Source: Rhodospirillales bacterium
GTDB lineage: Bacteria; Pseudomonadota; Alphaproteobacteria; Bin95
DNA: 64,000 nucleotides
Assembly (NCBI GenBank): GCA_038143065.1
Contig: JAYQLI010000035.1
Location: forward strand, 1,728,894-1,792,893
Reading direction: 5' to 3'
A model generated the notes under the pieces. It had not been told where the DNA came from, ran no database searches, and saw only the letters and a list, made by a program, of their open reading frames with translations. Shown here piece after piece: positions 41,475 to 54,337 of this stretch; position 1 is the stretch's first letter, and the number at the start of each line of letters is the position of its first letter. The position numbers and the translations under genes were made by a program.

Positions 41475-43277
41475 CTATCCGTCGCTCATCTTAAGAGCTG
41501 CAATGAATGCACTTTGGGGTATTTCTACTTGGCCGAAGGCGCGCATGCGTTTCTTGCCTTCCTTCTGCTTTTCCAACAGCTTTTTCTTGCGCGTGATGTC
41601 GCCGCCATAGCATTTGGCCGTAACGTCCTTGCGCATCGCTGAGACGGTTTCTCGGGCAATTACCTTTCCACCGATGGCAGCTTGCACTGCGATCTTGAAG
41701 AGTTGCCTTGGGATTAAGTCCTTTAAACGTTGGCAAAGGGCGCGGCCTCTCGATTCCGCTTGAGAGCGGTGCACGATCGCTGCTAAGGCCTCGACGGGCT
41801 CGTTATTAACAAGGATCGACATCTTTACCAGGTCGCCTTCCTCATACCCATCAATTTGGTAGTCGAAACTGGCGTAACCTCGGCTGATAGATTTCAGGCG
41901 ATCATAAAAATCGAAGACCACCTCATTTAGGGGGAGGCGATACACCAGCATCGCCCTCTCACCAACATAGGTGAGCTCTTTTTGAATGCCGCGACGCTCT
42001 TCACACAGCTTAATTACCCCGCCAAGGTGTTCGTCAGGAAGCATAATTGTAGCCGTGATCCAGGGCTCTTCAATCATTTCTATTTTGGTGACGTCAGGCA
42101 TATCGGCGGGATTATGAAGCTCGATAATTTCGCCCTTCTGCATGTGTATCCGGTAGACGACGGAGGGACTTGTCGCGATCAAGTCCAAGTCAAACTCTCG
42201 ATCGAGGCGCTCTTGAATGATCTCTAGGTGAAGAAGACCCAGGAAACCACAACGGAAACCAAATCCGAGAGCCGCTGAACTTTCCGTCTCAAATTCAAAG
42301 CTAGCATCGTTTAGGCGAAGCTTTGCCAGACTTTCACGAAGACTTTCAAAATCCGCAGCATCCGCCGGAAAGAGACCACAGAACACTACTGGAAGGTTTG
42401 GCTTGAAACCTGCGAGAGGCTTTTCAGCGGGCTTTCTATCATTAGTAATGGTATCGCCGACAGAACAATCGGCTACTGCCTTGATAGAGGCAGAAACATA
42501 TCCAAGCTCTCCTGGGCCGAGGCTATCACGCTTAGTACGCTTAGGGGTAAATACGCCTACCTCATCAACTTCGTATGCGGCGCCGTTTGCCATCATGCGA
42601 ATGCGCATACCTTTTTTGACTTCGCCATTGATGACACGAACAAGAGTAACCACGCCAAGATACTGGTCGTACCAACTATCAACTAAGAGTGCCTGCAGCG
42701 GCTCTTCTGTTTCGCCAACTGGCGGTGGCATTTGGGTAACGATGGCTTCTAAAACCTCTGGAACACCGAGGCCAGTCTTGGCAGATATTTCAATTGCTTC
42801 AGACGCATCAAGGCCTATGACTTCCTCAATTTGCGCCTTCACCCGCTCTGGATCCGAGGCAGGTAAGTCTACTTTATTTAATACGGGTACGATCTCTAGA
42901 TCGTTCTCCAGAGCCAAATAAACATTTGCAAGGGTCTGCGCCTCAACACCCTGCGTCGCATCTACCACGAGCAAAGCGCCTTCACACGCGGCGAGGCTTC
43001 GACTTACTTCATAAGTAAAGTCAACGTGTCCAGGAGTATCGATCAGGTTGAGTTCATATTCCTGACCATCTTTTGCAGTGTATTTAAGCTGAACTGTCTG
43101 TGCCTTGATGGTGATGCCGCGCTCACGTTCTAGGTCCATCGAGTCGAGGACCTGTTCTTGCATTTCACGGTCCGTCAGACCACCGCACGTTTGTATTAGC
43201 CTATCAGCCAACGTCGACTTGCCGTGGTCGATGTGTGCAATGATTGAAAAATTACGGATGTGGCTTAGGTCAGTCAT
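41475..43277 (-). CDS. lepA: Elongation factor 4
   Basis: [55 protein letters not shown]. Confidence 0.98.
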   Translation of the reverse strand: MTDLSHIRNFSIIAHIDHGKSTLADRLIQTCGGLTDREMQEQVLDSMDLERERGITIKAQTVQLKYTAKDGQEYELNLIDTPGHVDFTYEVSRSLAACEGALLVVDATQGVEAQTLANVYLALENDLEIVPVLNKVDLPASDPERVKAQIEEVIGLDASEAIEISAKTGLGVPEVLEAIVTQMPPPVGETEEPLQALLVDSWYDQYLGVVTLVRVINGEVKKGMRIRMMANGAAYEVDEVGVFTPKRTKRDSLGPGELGYVSASIKAVADCSVGDTITNDRKPAEKPLAGFKPNLPVVFCGLFPADAADFESLRESLAKLRLNDASFEFETESSAALGFGFRCGFLGLLHLEIIQERLDREFDLDLIATSPSVVYRIHMQKGEIIELHNPADMPDVTKIEMIEEPWITATIMLPDEHLGGVIKLCEERRGIQKELTYVGERAMLVYRLPLNEVVFDFYDRLKSISRGYASFDYQIDGYEEGDLVKMSILVNNEPVEALAAIVHRSQAESRGRALCQRLKDLIPRQLFKIAVQAAIGGKVIARETVSAMRKDVTAKCYGGDITRKKKLLEKQKEGKKRMRAFGQVEIPQSAFIAALKMSDG

Positions 43278-43498
43278 GGCCGTGCCATTTCACTCTTTCC
43301 TGCAGGTAGAACCCGTGATCTAGCGCAGTCCAGAGCTTAAGGGAATACAAGGATTGCAGTATGCTCTAAAATTAAATAGCTGAAGGCTTATTTTTCAGCA
43401 TTTGATGTTTTTTGGAAACTAATTAAACCTACGATAGTTTTCTAATCGCCGCGTGCAAGCTGATACAGCGCGCACCTAAAAACAATAAGGATTGTCTT

Positions 43499-44380
43499 AT
43501 GAGCAAATTGCCTGACTACACCCCACCCAAGATTTGGAAGTGGGAAAACGAAAATGGAGGCCAATTTGCTAATATCAATCGGCCCATTGCTGGTCCAACC
43601 CACGAGAAAGAGCTCCCCAGAGGCAAGCATCCTCTCCAGCTATACTCCTTAGCAACGCCAAATGGGGTGAAAGTAACCGTTATGTTGGAAGAGCTGTTAG
43701 CAGCTGGCTATTCCGAAGCTGAATACGATGCCTGGCTTATAACAATTCGCGAGGGCGAACAGTTTGGCTCAGGGTTTGTTGGAGTTAACCCAAACTCTAA
43801 GATTCCTGCCCTGATGGATTACTCGACGACGAAGCCGACGCGCGTATTTGAGTCAGGTTCGATCCTCTTGTACTTAGCCGAAAAGTTTGGGGGGGCATTC
43901 CTTCCCAACGATCCTGGGGATCGAGCTGAGTGCCTATCATGGCTTTTCTGGCAGATGGGAAGCGCGCCTTATCTTGGTGGCGGCTTTGGTCACTTCTATG
44001 CCTACGCCCCGGTCAAGATTGAGTACTGTATCGATCGCTACACCATGGAAACCAAGCGACAACTTGATGTTCTGAATCGACATCTTGAAAACAACAAATT
44101 TATGTGTGGGGATGAATATACCATTGCTGATATGGCAATTTGGCCATGGTATGGGGCCGCTGTTTCAAACAGCATCTACGATGCCGCTGAATTTCTCGAT
44201 GCAAAAATATACACCAATGTCATTCGTTGGGCTGAAGCAATTGCGGACCGGCCTCAGGTAAAACGTGGGCGGATGGTTAACCGCGCCACCGGTCCTTTAG
44301 AAAAACAGCTCTGGGAGCGTCATGACGCCAGCGATTTTGATACAAAAACCCAGGACAAATTGCAGTCCACAAAGGACTAA
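43499..44380 (+). CDS. yghU: Nu-class glutathione-dependent disulfide oxidoreductase
   Basis: YTPPKIWKW..ENGGQFANINRP.AG, YSLATPNG.KV, NPNSKIP, ERHDASDF. Confidence 0.93.
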   Translation: MSKLPDYTPPKIWKWENENGGQFANINRPIAGPTHEKELPRGKHPLQLYSLATPNGVKVTVMLEELLAAGYSEAEYDAWLITIREGEQFGSGFVGVNPNSKIPALMDYSTTKPTRVFESGSILLYLAEKFGGAFLPNDPGDRAECLSWLFWQMGSAPYLGGGFGHFYAYAPVKIEYCIDRYTMETKRQLDVLNRHLENNKFMCGDEYTIADMAIWPWYGAAVSNSIYDAAEFLDAKIYTNVIRWAEAIADRPQVKRGRMVNRATGPLEKQLWERHDASDFDTKTQDKLQSTKD

Positions 44381-44382
44381 TC

Positions 44383-45167
44383 TTGGAAGCCTTTGAAATT
44401 GGCCTTCTTGCCATAGCAGCTTTTTCGACCTCGGCACTGACTGCAGTTGTTGGTGCTGGGGGCGGTACAGCACTCATTGCTTTGATGCTATTGATCATGC
44501 CTCCTGCCGCCGTGATCCCAGCGCACGGCGTCGTTCAACTGGCAGCAAATGTAACGCGTTCCTGGCTTTGCGCAGATATCTGGCCTGGCCAATCATTTGG
44601 CGCTTTTCCCTTCTTTTACCGCTTGGCGTTGTTCTTGGGTTGTGGTTTTTTCAAGGTTTACCAGCAGCAGTTATCCAGCTTTTGATTGGCGGCTTCGTTC
44701 TTATCACTCTTGCGCTCCCTACATCAAACAAATCGGCATTAGAGAAACGCCACTCTGGGCTTTTATTCCAGTCGGATTCGTAACAGGTTGCTTAAATATG
44801 ATTGTTGGTGTGATAGCGCCTATTCTCGGAGCTATCATTGTTCGGCGAGATCTAAAAAAAGAGGAGATAGTAGGCACTCTGGGATTTTTTGGAGTTATAG
44901 GTAATCTCTTCAAAATAATCTGGATTTACGTTCGTTGGTTTTAGTTTTGCAAAATATTGGCCTTTACTGGCAGTGATGGTTCCTGCCGCCGTAGTAGGTG
45001 CGCGCGTCGGGCGCTTGTTGCTCTCGATGGTAGACGAGCGTTTATTTCTAATTTGTTTCCGTCTTATGTTGGGTATGCTTGCACTCAAGCTCATCATAGT
45101 GGACGGCTTGAGTGCATTTTTGTTGACTTCAATCGGATTGCCTCAGGCATTTGATATCCTGGCGTAG
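44383..45167 (+). CDS. Sulfite exporter TauE/SafE (TSUP) family membrane protein, frameshifted
   Basis: TSALTAVVGAGGG, HGVVQLAAN, GFVTGCLNMIVG; hydrophobic fragments spread over several frames. Confidence 0.7.
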
Positions 45168-46217
45168 ATTTAGAAAGCGCCACTTCATCTTGTCCATATC
45201 TTCTGGCACGCCCTCGAACATAGGCGATGACAAATACCTTTCTCCTGTATCAGGCAACATACAGAGGATTGTCGATCCCTTTGGTGCCTTCTCTGCAACT
45301 GCAATCGCAGTCGCAAAGCTAGAACCACCTGAAATACCAGTAAAGATGCCTTCCTGCTGCGCCAATTTCTTGGACCAGGATATACCATCTGCTCCCGCAA
45401 CGGGCAGAAGTTCGTCGTACAGATTGTTGTCAATTGCTTCCTGCAAAACATAAGGAATGAAGTCAGGAGTCCAACCCTGGATTGGATGAGCCTCCCAGTC
45501 GGGGTGGCTAGATGCTGGTGAATTATCTGCAGTTCTATCCTGAACCTTGCCACCACCTAAAAGTTGAGCATTAGCAGGTTCGGTTAAATAATTTTCGTAT
45601 TAGGCATTTCCTTACGGAGGATCTTGCAACCCTGTAACTGTTCCACCGGTTCCATATCCAGAGACGAAATAGTCAAGCTTTTTGCCTGCAAAATCCGCAA
45701 CTATTTCGCGCCCGGTGGTGTTCTCATGGATCTTAGCGTTGTCGGCTGTCTCAAACTGGCGCGCAAGGAACCACCCATTTGCCTTTGCGAGTTCAACTGC
45801 CTTGTTGTACATGCCCGAACCCTTCTGGGCACGAGGGTCAAAACAACCTTAGCGCCAAGAAACCTCATGAGTTTGCGCCGTTCAATAGAAAAGCTGTCAG
45901 CCATTGTCACGAACAAGTGGATACCCTTTGGCCGCACAGACCATAGCCAGCCCAATCCCTGTGTTACCGCTGGTTGCCTCAACTACAGTCTGACCGGGTT
46001 TTAGGTCTCCCGTTTCTCTGCTTCCTCAATAATACTTGTAGCAAGACGATCCTTTGACAGATCCCGCAGGGTTAAAGAATTCAGCTTTTACGTACAAGTT
46101 AATGCCTTCAGGGGCGATTTTGTTAATACGTACGCAAGGAGTGTCACCCATCGTATCCACTATTGAGTCGAAAACTCGTCCTTGACCATTAGTAGTGCGG
46201 CTATTGCTATCTGACAT
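45129..46217 (-). CDS. cysK: PLP-dependent cysteine synthase family protein, multiple frameshifts
   Basis: [19 protein letters not shown](DR), [55 protein letters not shown]. Confidence 0.85.
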
Positions 46218-46350
46218 TAACGTCTCTCCCTTTTATAACGTATTCTATGGCAACCCTAAAAAGTACTGTACACGTGATAATCAGCGTTTCCAAAGAAGAC
46301 ATCAAAACAAAAATCATTCATTCTTTTCATCGTGAAGGATCAGTCATCAT

Positions 46351-47180
46351 ATGAGCGTCTCAAGTTTCTCAGACAAAAGTCTCCTGACTGATGTTGAGGA
46401 GCTTTCAAACTGTCTTGATAGCGTGACTTTGCTAGATCTTCGACCAACAGATGATTACGCTTTAGGTCATATTCCAGGTGCTAGACACATAGGTATCTAT
46501 GACATTAGCCGTAATGACACCTCCGAGGCACCATTAGAGGCCTTTCTTTCTATTTTTAATGTTCTTTTCGGCTCGCGTGGCGTTCAAGCTGGAAAAGCCA
46601 ATAGTTGTATACGACCATGAAAGCGGGGAGCGAGCGGCTCGAGCAGTTTGGTTGCTTTCGGTTTTAGGGTCATTCAAATGTTAGATTGTTGACGGTGGCA
46701 GTAGTGCCTGGAGACGTTCAGGACGCAGTTTAGTCAGTGTGGGATTTGCGGATGCGCCGATAGCGCCAGATAAGGCCCCACCTTTCGCGATTAGAACTGC
46801 TTGCAACCCGCTTTGACGTCCACGAGGCAATTAAGCGTGACGATATGATCATCCTTGATGTTCGTCGTGAAAGTGAAAATAGAGGAACAGAAAAGCGGGC
46901 CCGACGTGCCGGCGCAATCCCTGGATCTGTTCACATCTTTTGGCGTGATCATTTAGACGCCGATGGCAAAATTCGACCTGTCGATGAGATCCGTTCCCTC
47001 TACGAAGCAAATGGCGTCACGCCCGATAAATCAATTATTGCATTCTGTCAGGGCGGCTATAGGTAAGCCAACACATTTATAATTCTCAAATCGTTAGGAT
47101 TTCAGAACGAGCGAAACTATGTTGGCTCTTAGGGTGAGTGTGGAAATAGCGACGATTCCATCATCGTAAAGCCAGAATAA
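46351..47180 (+). pseudogene. Two-domain rhodanese/sulfurtransferase, interrupted by frameshifts and in-frame stops
   Basis: LLDLRP...GHIPGA, VVYD, LDVRR, GAIPGS, FCQGGYR*ANT, NYVGS*GE; either a true pseudogene or assembly error. Confidence 0.65.
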
Positions 47181-47183
47181 TCA

Positions 47184-48188
47184 TCATTCTGGACGTTCAA
47201 TCCGACCATTTGGCAATCGAGCAAAGCGACCCTCCCAATGGATGCACTGGATCTTGCTGGGGCCACGGCCATCCTCCAAAAGCTGTTTGTCGATAGTCTG
47301 CAAAAGCAGCAGAAAGCTCATCCCGACTATTCATTACAAAAGGTCCATGTTGAGCGACAGGTTCTCCAATAGGCATTCCTTGCAGCATGAGTAGTTCAGA
47401 TGACTGACCACCTTTTTCAATATAGGGAATGACCCGCATTTACTTGGGCAACATTTAACATCGACTTGTTGACCATCAAAGGAGATGGGTCCACCGGAAA
47501 AGAGATAAAGGCAACGTCCAACATCGGCGTTCGTTGCAGGCAATGTCCACTCAGCCCCAGGGTCTAATTTTATTGTCCAAATCGCAACATTATGAGCTGG
47601 ATTGGGCCCATGAACTTGGAGGTGGCGCTGGAGGCTCCTGACCATCTGGCAACGCGCCAGCGTAGCTTACAAGCTTTACCCCATCAGAAGACAACATGCT
47701 TGGGATTTTATTCTTCCAGAACATACTGAAGTGCGGCTGAGCCATTTTAGAAACAGCCGGCAAATTCAGCCAAATCTGAAAAAGTTCGGTTGGGTTGCGG
47801 GTGTCCTGGCTTAAAAGTGGAAACATTTCAGAGTGAACGACGCCCTTACCAGCTGTCATCCACTGCAAATCACCTTCCCCAAAACGCGCAGCGGCGCCCA
47901 AACTATCACAGTGATCAATATACCCTTGGCGCGCGACGGTGACAGTTTCAAAGCCTCGGTGTGGGTGCTGAGGAAAGCCAGGAACTGTACTCACCGTGAT
48001 ACATACTCCAACCATCTTTACCGCCAAAATCATGCCCGATGGACCGCCCTTCGAGGCTTGCCTTTGGGCGCATCTCTCCATCGCCTTCAGGGATAGTTAT
48101 CATCGTGGTGCACACAGAAGAGAAAAGGGTCGAGGGTTGGCCAAGGACCCTCGGGCAATGGAGCAACTGCTAAAATGGTCTCTGACAT
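47184..48188 (-). CDS. Pirin family protein, frameshifted
   Basis: [66 protein letters not shown]. Confidence 0.85.
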
Positions 48189-48255
48189 CGACACACCTAT
48201 TTTGATCAAATCTTGACTTTAAATAGCTCGCCAAGAGAAGTTGGACCAATATAAA

Positions 48256-48583
48256 TTAAGGATGTGGCCCCCAAGGCGCAGCATGTAGCAGTTTTACTTC
48301 CTGGTTCATGACTAGAGGACGGAAGCGAGCTGCAAAGTCCTCAACAAAAGCCTTGTTCGAAAAGACAGAGGCCCAGTGTGCTCGACGATCTGCATCATCT
48401 TCAAACTTCCAAAGATGGACTATTTGATTGATAGTTCCTGTGTCTCCTTGAAAATATCCAACTAACTTATCATCGTGACCACCGGATTGCAGCGCTGGAA
48501 ATCCATATTTTTTGATAAAGGTCGACTGCCTCGCCCATTTTTCCAACATAAAGCGTGTAAGTTCTAAGTTCGTAAAGAGCCAT
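48256..48583 (-). CDS. NIPSNAP family protein, frameshifted
   Basis: MALYELRTYTL, GTINQIVHLWKFED..DR..W. Confidence 0.8.
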
Positions 48584-48605
48584 ATCAAACAACCTTTCAG
48601 CATTT

Positions 48606-49408
48606 TTAAATTTTCAGCTGGCCAGTCCAGCCACCATCAATTGGTAAAACTGCACCCGTGATATCATCGCCAATAGAGCTGCAGAGAAAGGCTACCATGG
48701 CTGCAACATTTTGCATGGCAACAAATCTTCCAGTCGGATGGCGCTCAGAAATATATTTCTTCTCGACATCAGCAAGCGTGGCCCCCTGGACCGCGGCCAT
48801 ACTTTGCAACTTGGTCATAATAGCCGGCGTTGGAACTGAACCAGGGGAAAGAGCATTAGCTGTCACGCCTGAAGCAGCCGTCTCAACCGCAATCCCTCTT
48901 GTAAGCCCGATAAGAGCCGTTTTAGTAGTTACATAGTCAATGCGTTCAGACGCTCCCCTCCAACCAAAGACAGAAGACATATTTATGATACGTCCCCAAC
49001 CCCTGGCCTTCATATCTGATAAAACTCAGGCGGACAGCATGAAAGGCTGCTGATAAGATTAACAGCTATGGATTGGTCCCATGCTTCTGGCTGCAAATCC
49101 TCAATTGCCGAAAAATTTCGAACAACAGCATTATTAACAAGAATATCAATGGACCCAAAGCAACTAATGCCATTGTCGACCATACGCTCAATCTGTCGAA
49201 GATCACTTAAATTCCGGGATCAAAAATTGCATCGACATTATTCCGAAGAATTTTTTCTGCCGCTTTGATGCCCTCTTCTGCCGACTTCCAGTCCATTCAA
49301 AACAATGTTCGCGCCTACAGCAGCGAGGCTTGCCGCAATTGCATTTCCAAGGCCTCCAACAGAGCCAGTTACTAGAGCCGTGCGACCATCAAGATATCTA
49401 TTGGACAT
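48606..49408 (-). CDS. SDR oxidoreductase (3-hydroxybutyrate dehydrogenase-like), frameshifted
   Basis: GRTALVTGSVGGLG, DILVNNA, WGRIINMSS, YVTTK, ITGAVLPIDGG. Confidence 0.8.
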
Positions 49409-50763
49409 CATGGATCCCCAGCAGCTGCCAACCGAGCAATGGTGCCTGCATCTTCCAGCGTATCAAGCATCCAAACCGCCTCGATTAGCCTATCAACATT
49501 TCCGTTAAAGCCTGCTCGCTCAGATAATTCCCAAACCTTGTTCTCAATGTCTTCATCAGAAAATGGATTTTTTGCCCCACCGCGCGCAGCATCAATACGC
49601 ACATGAATTGGTGATTGATCCTCAAGTTCGACCGTCATGTCTACTGAACCTATATCGTAAGTGTCGTCGTCAATAAATGTGATTTTGGGACGTCCCGCGG
49701 CCAGCGTTTGTTGCGCTGCAGTATCATTAAACTCATCCAAACCAGCCTGGCCTCGTTGAAAGGCTATAGAAACCGCATGCTGCGCTGAAACCTGCGCCTC
49801 CCGGCCTGTTGCAACATAAGGTCGATCTGTACGTTGGCGGAGCAAAGAATGGCCTTTAAGTGTTACAGATTTTACAATGCTGGTCTCAAAGCCTTGCCTT
49901 GATTCAATCTCTAAACTTGCGTCGATGACAGGGTTTTCAAAACCACACCAGCTGGGATAAGGCTTATAAGTATTTTTACTAATTTCCCAGATATCTCCCC
50001 AGATCTGCCGTTAAGCGATTAAGGTTAGGATTGTCGCAGTAAACTCTCAGAAATCCTCGTTGACCTGTCAGTGGTGCTGAAGGCCCATCAAAATTAGCCT
50101 TTGCAAGCAGTGCTGACATCATTCCCAAGACGCGCAGCATTTCCCACACTCAAACTTTTTGCCATGTAGCCAAGGCCTTCGACTAATCCAGCTGACTGAA
50201 CAGCCGCGTTTCCAGCTGCGTAAACAAATTGATTACGTGTTAATTTTAAAAGTGCACCTACTCCAAAGGCTGCGCCAAAAATCCCGCATGTGGATGTAAT
50301 GTGCCACCCTCGCGCATAATGATAAGGTGAGATAGCGTTGCCTAATCTGCATTCAATTTCTCCTCTAGAATAAAGGCGCGGATCAATTCATTTCCAGACA
50401 AACGGTTAGCCTCTGCTTGAGCCAAAATCGCGGGCACCAAGGGTGCCGATGGATGAATTATGGTAGCAGGATGATTATCGTCATAATCAAAAATATTAGC
50501 GGACATGCCGTTAATAAACGACGCGAGTTGTGGATCAGTGCGCTCTGGGCGTCCAATAAGACTGCAGGAAGCATTGCACCTGAATAAGGCCCATGACACT
50601 CAATGGCCTTATCAACTGCAGGCTCCTCACATCCAGAAATTGCTGTTCCGATAATATTAAGATTGAGCGCTTTGACTTCATGACAGATGGTTGCTGGTAA
50701 TGTCAGACCAATTCAACCGGTTTGAGCAAATCAGCTAATTTTTTTCCAGAAGGAGTTAATCAT
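49408..50763 (-). CDS. MmgE/PrpD family protein, heavily frameshifted
   Basis: ING..ANIFDYDDNH..TIIHPSA, Y.RGWHITSTCG.FGA, YKPYP, RGGAKNP.SD. Confidence 0.75.
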
Positions 50764-50971
50764 CATCCGATCCAATCAAAAAAAATCATTCACTCAAATT
50801 TCAAATGGATTTTTACTTAAATTGTTATCTTTATTAATTTAACCCAAATATCATAATTGGTATTTAATTTTTTGATGCATTCTTGGCAAATCCAAAAACT
50901 TCAATAATTTTAAAATCTTCAGAAGAATTTGTTTACCCCTTGCAACCGAATTCAAACGTTTTTAAATGATT

Positions 50972-53900
50972 TTATAGTCCCCCTGTTACCTCTGAGGAAC
51001 TATCAAAATGAGTGATTTCATTGACCACATCTACAGACCCAGATGATGCATCAATTGTCACAGCAACGCCACGTATTTCCAAGTCCCTCAGTTGGGGGGA
51101 CAACTGCTTAATCAGGGTTCCATTAATGATTTTAAATCCTCCATTTGCAGCCCTCTGCAAAGTGCCACCTTGATTGATTTTGAAGAATGATATCGTCTTC
51201 GGTTATCTACGAAGGATGTTGATTGCTTATGTTTTCTCCTGTAAAATTAAACAGGCTTGCAGTGTATTGATTAAAGCCCCGAATTGAATGCTCCAATTCT
51301 TTGCTCAGAATCAGTTTTACAAGAACCGGTGCAATCATTCTCTAATCGTCACATCAACTGCCAAGTCATTCACTAAAAACACGTGGAATGTCCCACCGCC
51401 TGAGCCATCAGGGCCATTGAGGTGTGCATCCAAATCAACCAAGCTTGATCTGGACCAATCAAATTCAATAAATGTTGCGCAAAGTCACGTCGATGACTTA
51501 ACTGCCTCGTGGACAGCTTGTGTCGCGCTGTCCAATTCAACTGTATTTTACTAATTCATTATCAATTTCGAGCTCTGAAAATTGAAGTTCTTTGATCAAA
51601 CGTGTTACTTGCCTAACGTCCAACATCTGGTTGATGGATTTAATTTGAGCCGTGGCAGGATCGATTTTTGCTGCCAACCATGTGTTTCCAGAGCCATTTT
51701 GAGGAGGATTAAAGCGGTCAACCGTCGTTCCACCAGATACCTCTGATCCGCCCGCAGATGTGCGCTGCAGCGTTCCGCCTTGTATTGAAGTTGATGGATA
51801 TATTGTTTGATTGTCAACGATAGCAGTTTGGAACCATTCGCCCCAGCATGATATTCCGACACCATACAGGCCGGATCCAGAATTTAAACTACTGATTGAA
51901 ATACCTCACTACAATTAGCATTGCATCGCAATCCCTTGGTCGAGATTAATTTCGGGATGTATTGGGAATTTTGTGATGATGCAGAGATTAAAAATGGTTG
52001 AGAGTTTGTATCTTCACCAAACAAAAACCCGTCTAAGTCTATCAAACTGCTATTTTTCCAATCAAATTCAACATGAAGGCCAAGAGAAATATCGTTAATC
52101 GTTGCTGTTTTGAATATTGAATTTCAGTTTCAACGAGTTGCAATTTAGATAACTCAGCAAATCCAGTGATTTGAATTATGTCATTTTCAACATCAACAAT
52201 CTGGTTGATGGATGTAATTTCACCAGTCACTGGATTTATTTCAGCTGCAATCCATGCATCGCCAACGCCCATCACTTGGAGGGGCAAATTCTCGAAGAGT
52301 CACCCCACCTGAAACTTCAGAACCACCGCGAGACGTCCGCTGTAAGGTCCCTCCTTGGTTAACCCTAAGAACAAATTTGAATTAGTTAGCGATATAACAT
52401 TCGGCCCATTATTATCTGGGTCCAGGTGCATTCCAACGCCATAGAGACCTGTATTTGGGAAGCTATCGATTATGATGACTTCACTGCATCTAGCGACAAT
52501 ACAGTTCGTATCCAGCCTTATAGTTGGATGAGAATTTGCAATCTCCTCATCACCAATAATCAGAAATGGGTTCGTTGTTGCTCGTGAATCCGTTCCAAAC
52601 AGGAATCCATCAACGTCGATTAAATTTGACGCTGTCCAATCAAACTCAATGAATGCGCCTGCGTTAATGTTAAGGTCCGTCCCGGAGAAGCGACTCACTG
52701 TATCCTCAACACTTTGAACATCATCATTGATGATTTGAGTTAAATTATCTACCGGCAAATCGTCATTTGGGCCAGTAACCCCTGGCCCAACAGCCCCAGG
52801 TGGTCCAAAGCCCAGCGGTATGGATATCGCGATATCAACACCTGGACCCGCAGCTTCCTCAACATTTATGGCTGCAAACACAGGCATCTCTGGGGCTGGT
52901 GCCGGGGCCAGAGCAGGGGCTGGTGCCGGGGCCAGAGCAGGGGCTGGTGCAGGGGCTGGTGCAGGGGCAACATCTGCACCCGCACCATTGTCAGGCCCAC
53001 CAGCTACTGGCGCTTCAGCAGGAGCTGCAGCAGCATCATTACCGGCACCACCTACAGGGCCTGTCTCTCCAGGCTCGTTATCACTTGCACTTGCCACGAC
53101 CGTGTTATCTGAACCTGCTGGCCCTTCAGACGCCCCATCGCCACCTTCATTTGTTGCAACAGGTCCATCACCACCTTCTGCCGGCGGGCCGCCTTCACCA
53201 TTAGCAGCTGTACTTTCGCCACCCTGACCACCTTCACCCTCTTGGTTCTGGGCAGTTTGCTCGCCACCTTCACCCTCTTGGTTCTGGGCAGTTTGCTCGC
53301 CACCTTCACCTTCTTCTTGGTTCTCGGCGGTTTGCTCGCCACCTTCACCTTCTTGGTTCTCAGCAGTTTCCTCGCCACCTTCACCTTCTTGGTTCTCGGC
53401 AGTTTCCTCGCCACCTTCACCTTCTTGGTTCTCGGCAGTTTCCTCGCCACCTTCACCTTCCTCTCGCCACCTTCACCTTCTTGGTTCTCGGCAGTTTCCT
53501 CGCCACCTTCACCTTCTTGGTTCTCAGCAGTTTCCTCGCCACCTTCACCTTCTTGGTTCTCGGCAGTTTCCTCGCCACCTTCACCTTCTTGGTTCTCGGT
53601 GGTTTCAGGTGACTTATTGACAAAGAGATTGGATATTTCAGCAGGAACGGGAATTAAATCTCCAGGAGGTTGGTTGACTTCACAAAAAAACCAACGCCAG
53701 CCTTATCTACCGTCTGAGACCCGTATTCATTCGCAAATTCAATTTTTGATGGCGGTAAACCCACATTGTTGTCTGGGCCTGGGCCTACTAACCCCATGAA
53801 AAATGACTGCCCCTGCTCTCTCTCCACAATAATTGTGGATGTACCCCTAATACCCATAACCCCAACAGGCGTTTTAATTTTGAACTGCGGCTTACCCAGA

Positions 53901-54268
53901 GCGGATGAACGACCAGACACAAAGCGAAGCGAGCCACGAACCATGTTCGCCACCATTTCTCCTGAACCTTTGTTGGGGTCATAAACAAATTTATCTATTG
54001 TTAAAGAACTGTTTGGCCCGAGGGTCAGGGCCGTTTCATCTACCAGCAAGGCCTGCATACGAGCGTTTGCACTGGTACTCAAAGTATCATTGGTGAGGAT
54101 TTCCCCACCAGACTTTATAATTTGTGGGCCAGGACGGTCGTTACCCTCAATCGTCGCCTTTCCCGTAACTCCAGCAGCAACCCCAGCCTGAACAGCAAAA
54201 GCATTGGCTCCAATTAAAGTACAGATAGCAAACAGAGTAATTGGGCCGGCGAGCCTTAAACTAAGCAT
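50972..54268 (-). CDS. Large secreted FecR-domain protein with acidic and Pro/Ala repeat linkers and a C-terminal repeated domain; fragmented by frameshifts
   Basis: Signal peptide; DETALTLGPNS.L.IDKFVYDP, GSLRFVSG, IKTPVGVMGIRGT (FecR); downstream minus-strand fragments continue to about 50972; 3' limit uncertain. Confidence 0.6.
52892..52968. repeat. Short coding tandem repeat (APAPAL/AP)
   Basis: GGGGCTGGTGC(CGGGGCCAGA) units encoding APAPAPAPALAPAPAPALAPAPAP. Confidence 0.8.
53228..53606. repeat. 36-bp coding tandem repeat, 10 copies plus one partial, encoding ETAENQEGEGGE on the minus strand
   Basis: Unit CTCGCCACCTTCACCTTCTTGGTTCTCGGCAGTTTC, head-to-tail without spacers. Confidence 0.92.
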
Positions 54269-54337
54269 CAGTTGCCTCGAGGATTGATCTTGTGATACCT
54301 GCATAAATACTGTGGTTTTTTGAGTGGAGCAACTTTA

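Noticed and set aside
47064-47132. Rhodanese in-frame stops as Sec/Pyl recoding
   Set aside because: The stops are TAA and TAG at positions expected to be Ser and Trp, the catalytic Cys is a normal TGT, and the region is error-rich.
53228-53606. 36-bp repeats as a CRISPR array
   Set aside because: The units are contiguous with no unique spacers, the length is a multiple of 3, they encode a coherent acidic peptide inside a gene, and there are no cas genes.
53052-53799. ORFs 53052..53456(-) Lys/Arg-rich and 53242..53799(+) hydrophobic repeat proteins
   Set aside because: They are alternative-frame or antisense translations of the ETAENQEGEGGE repeat.
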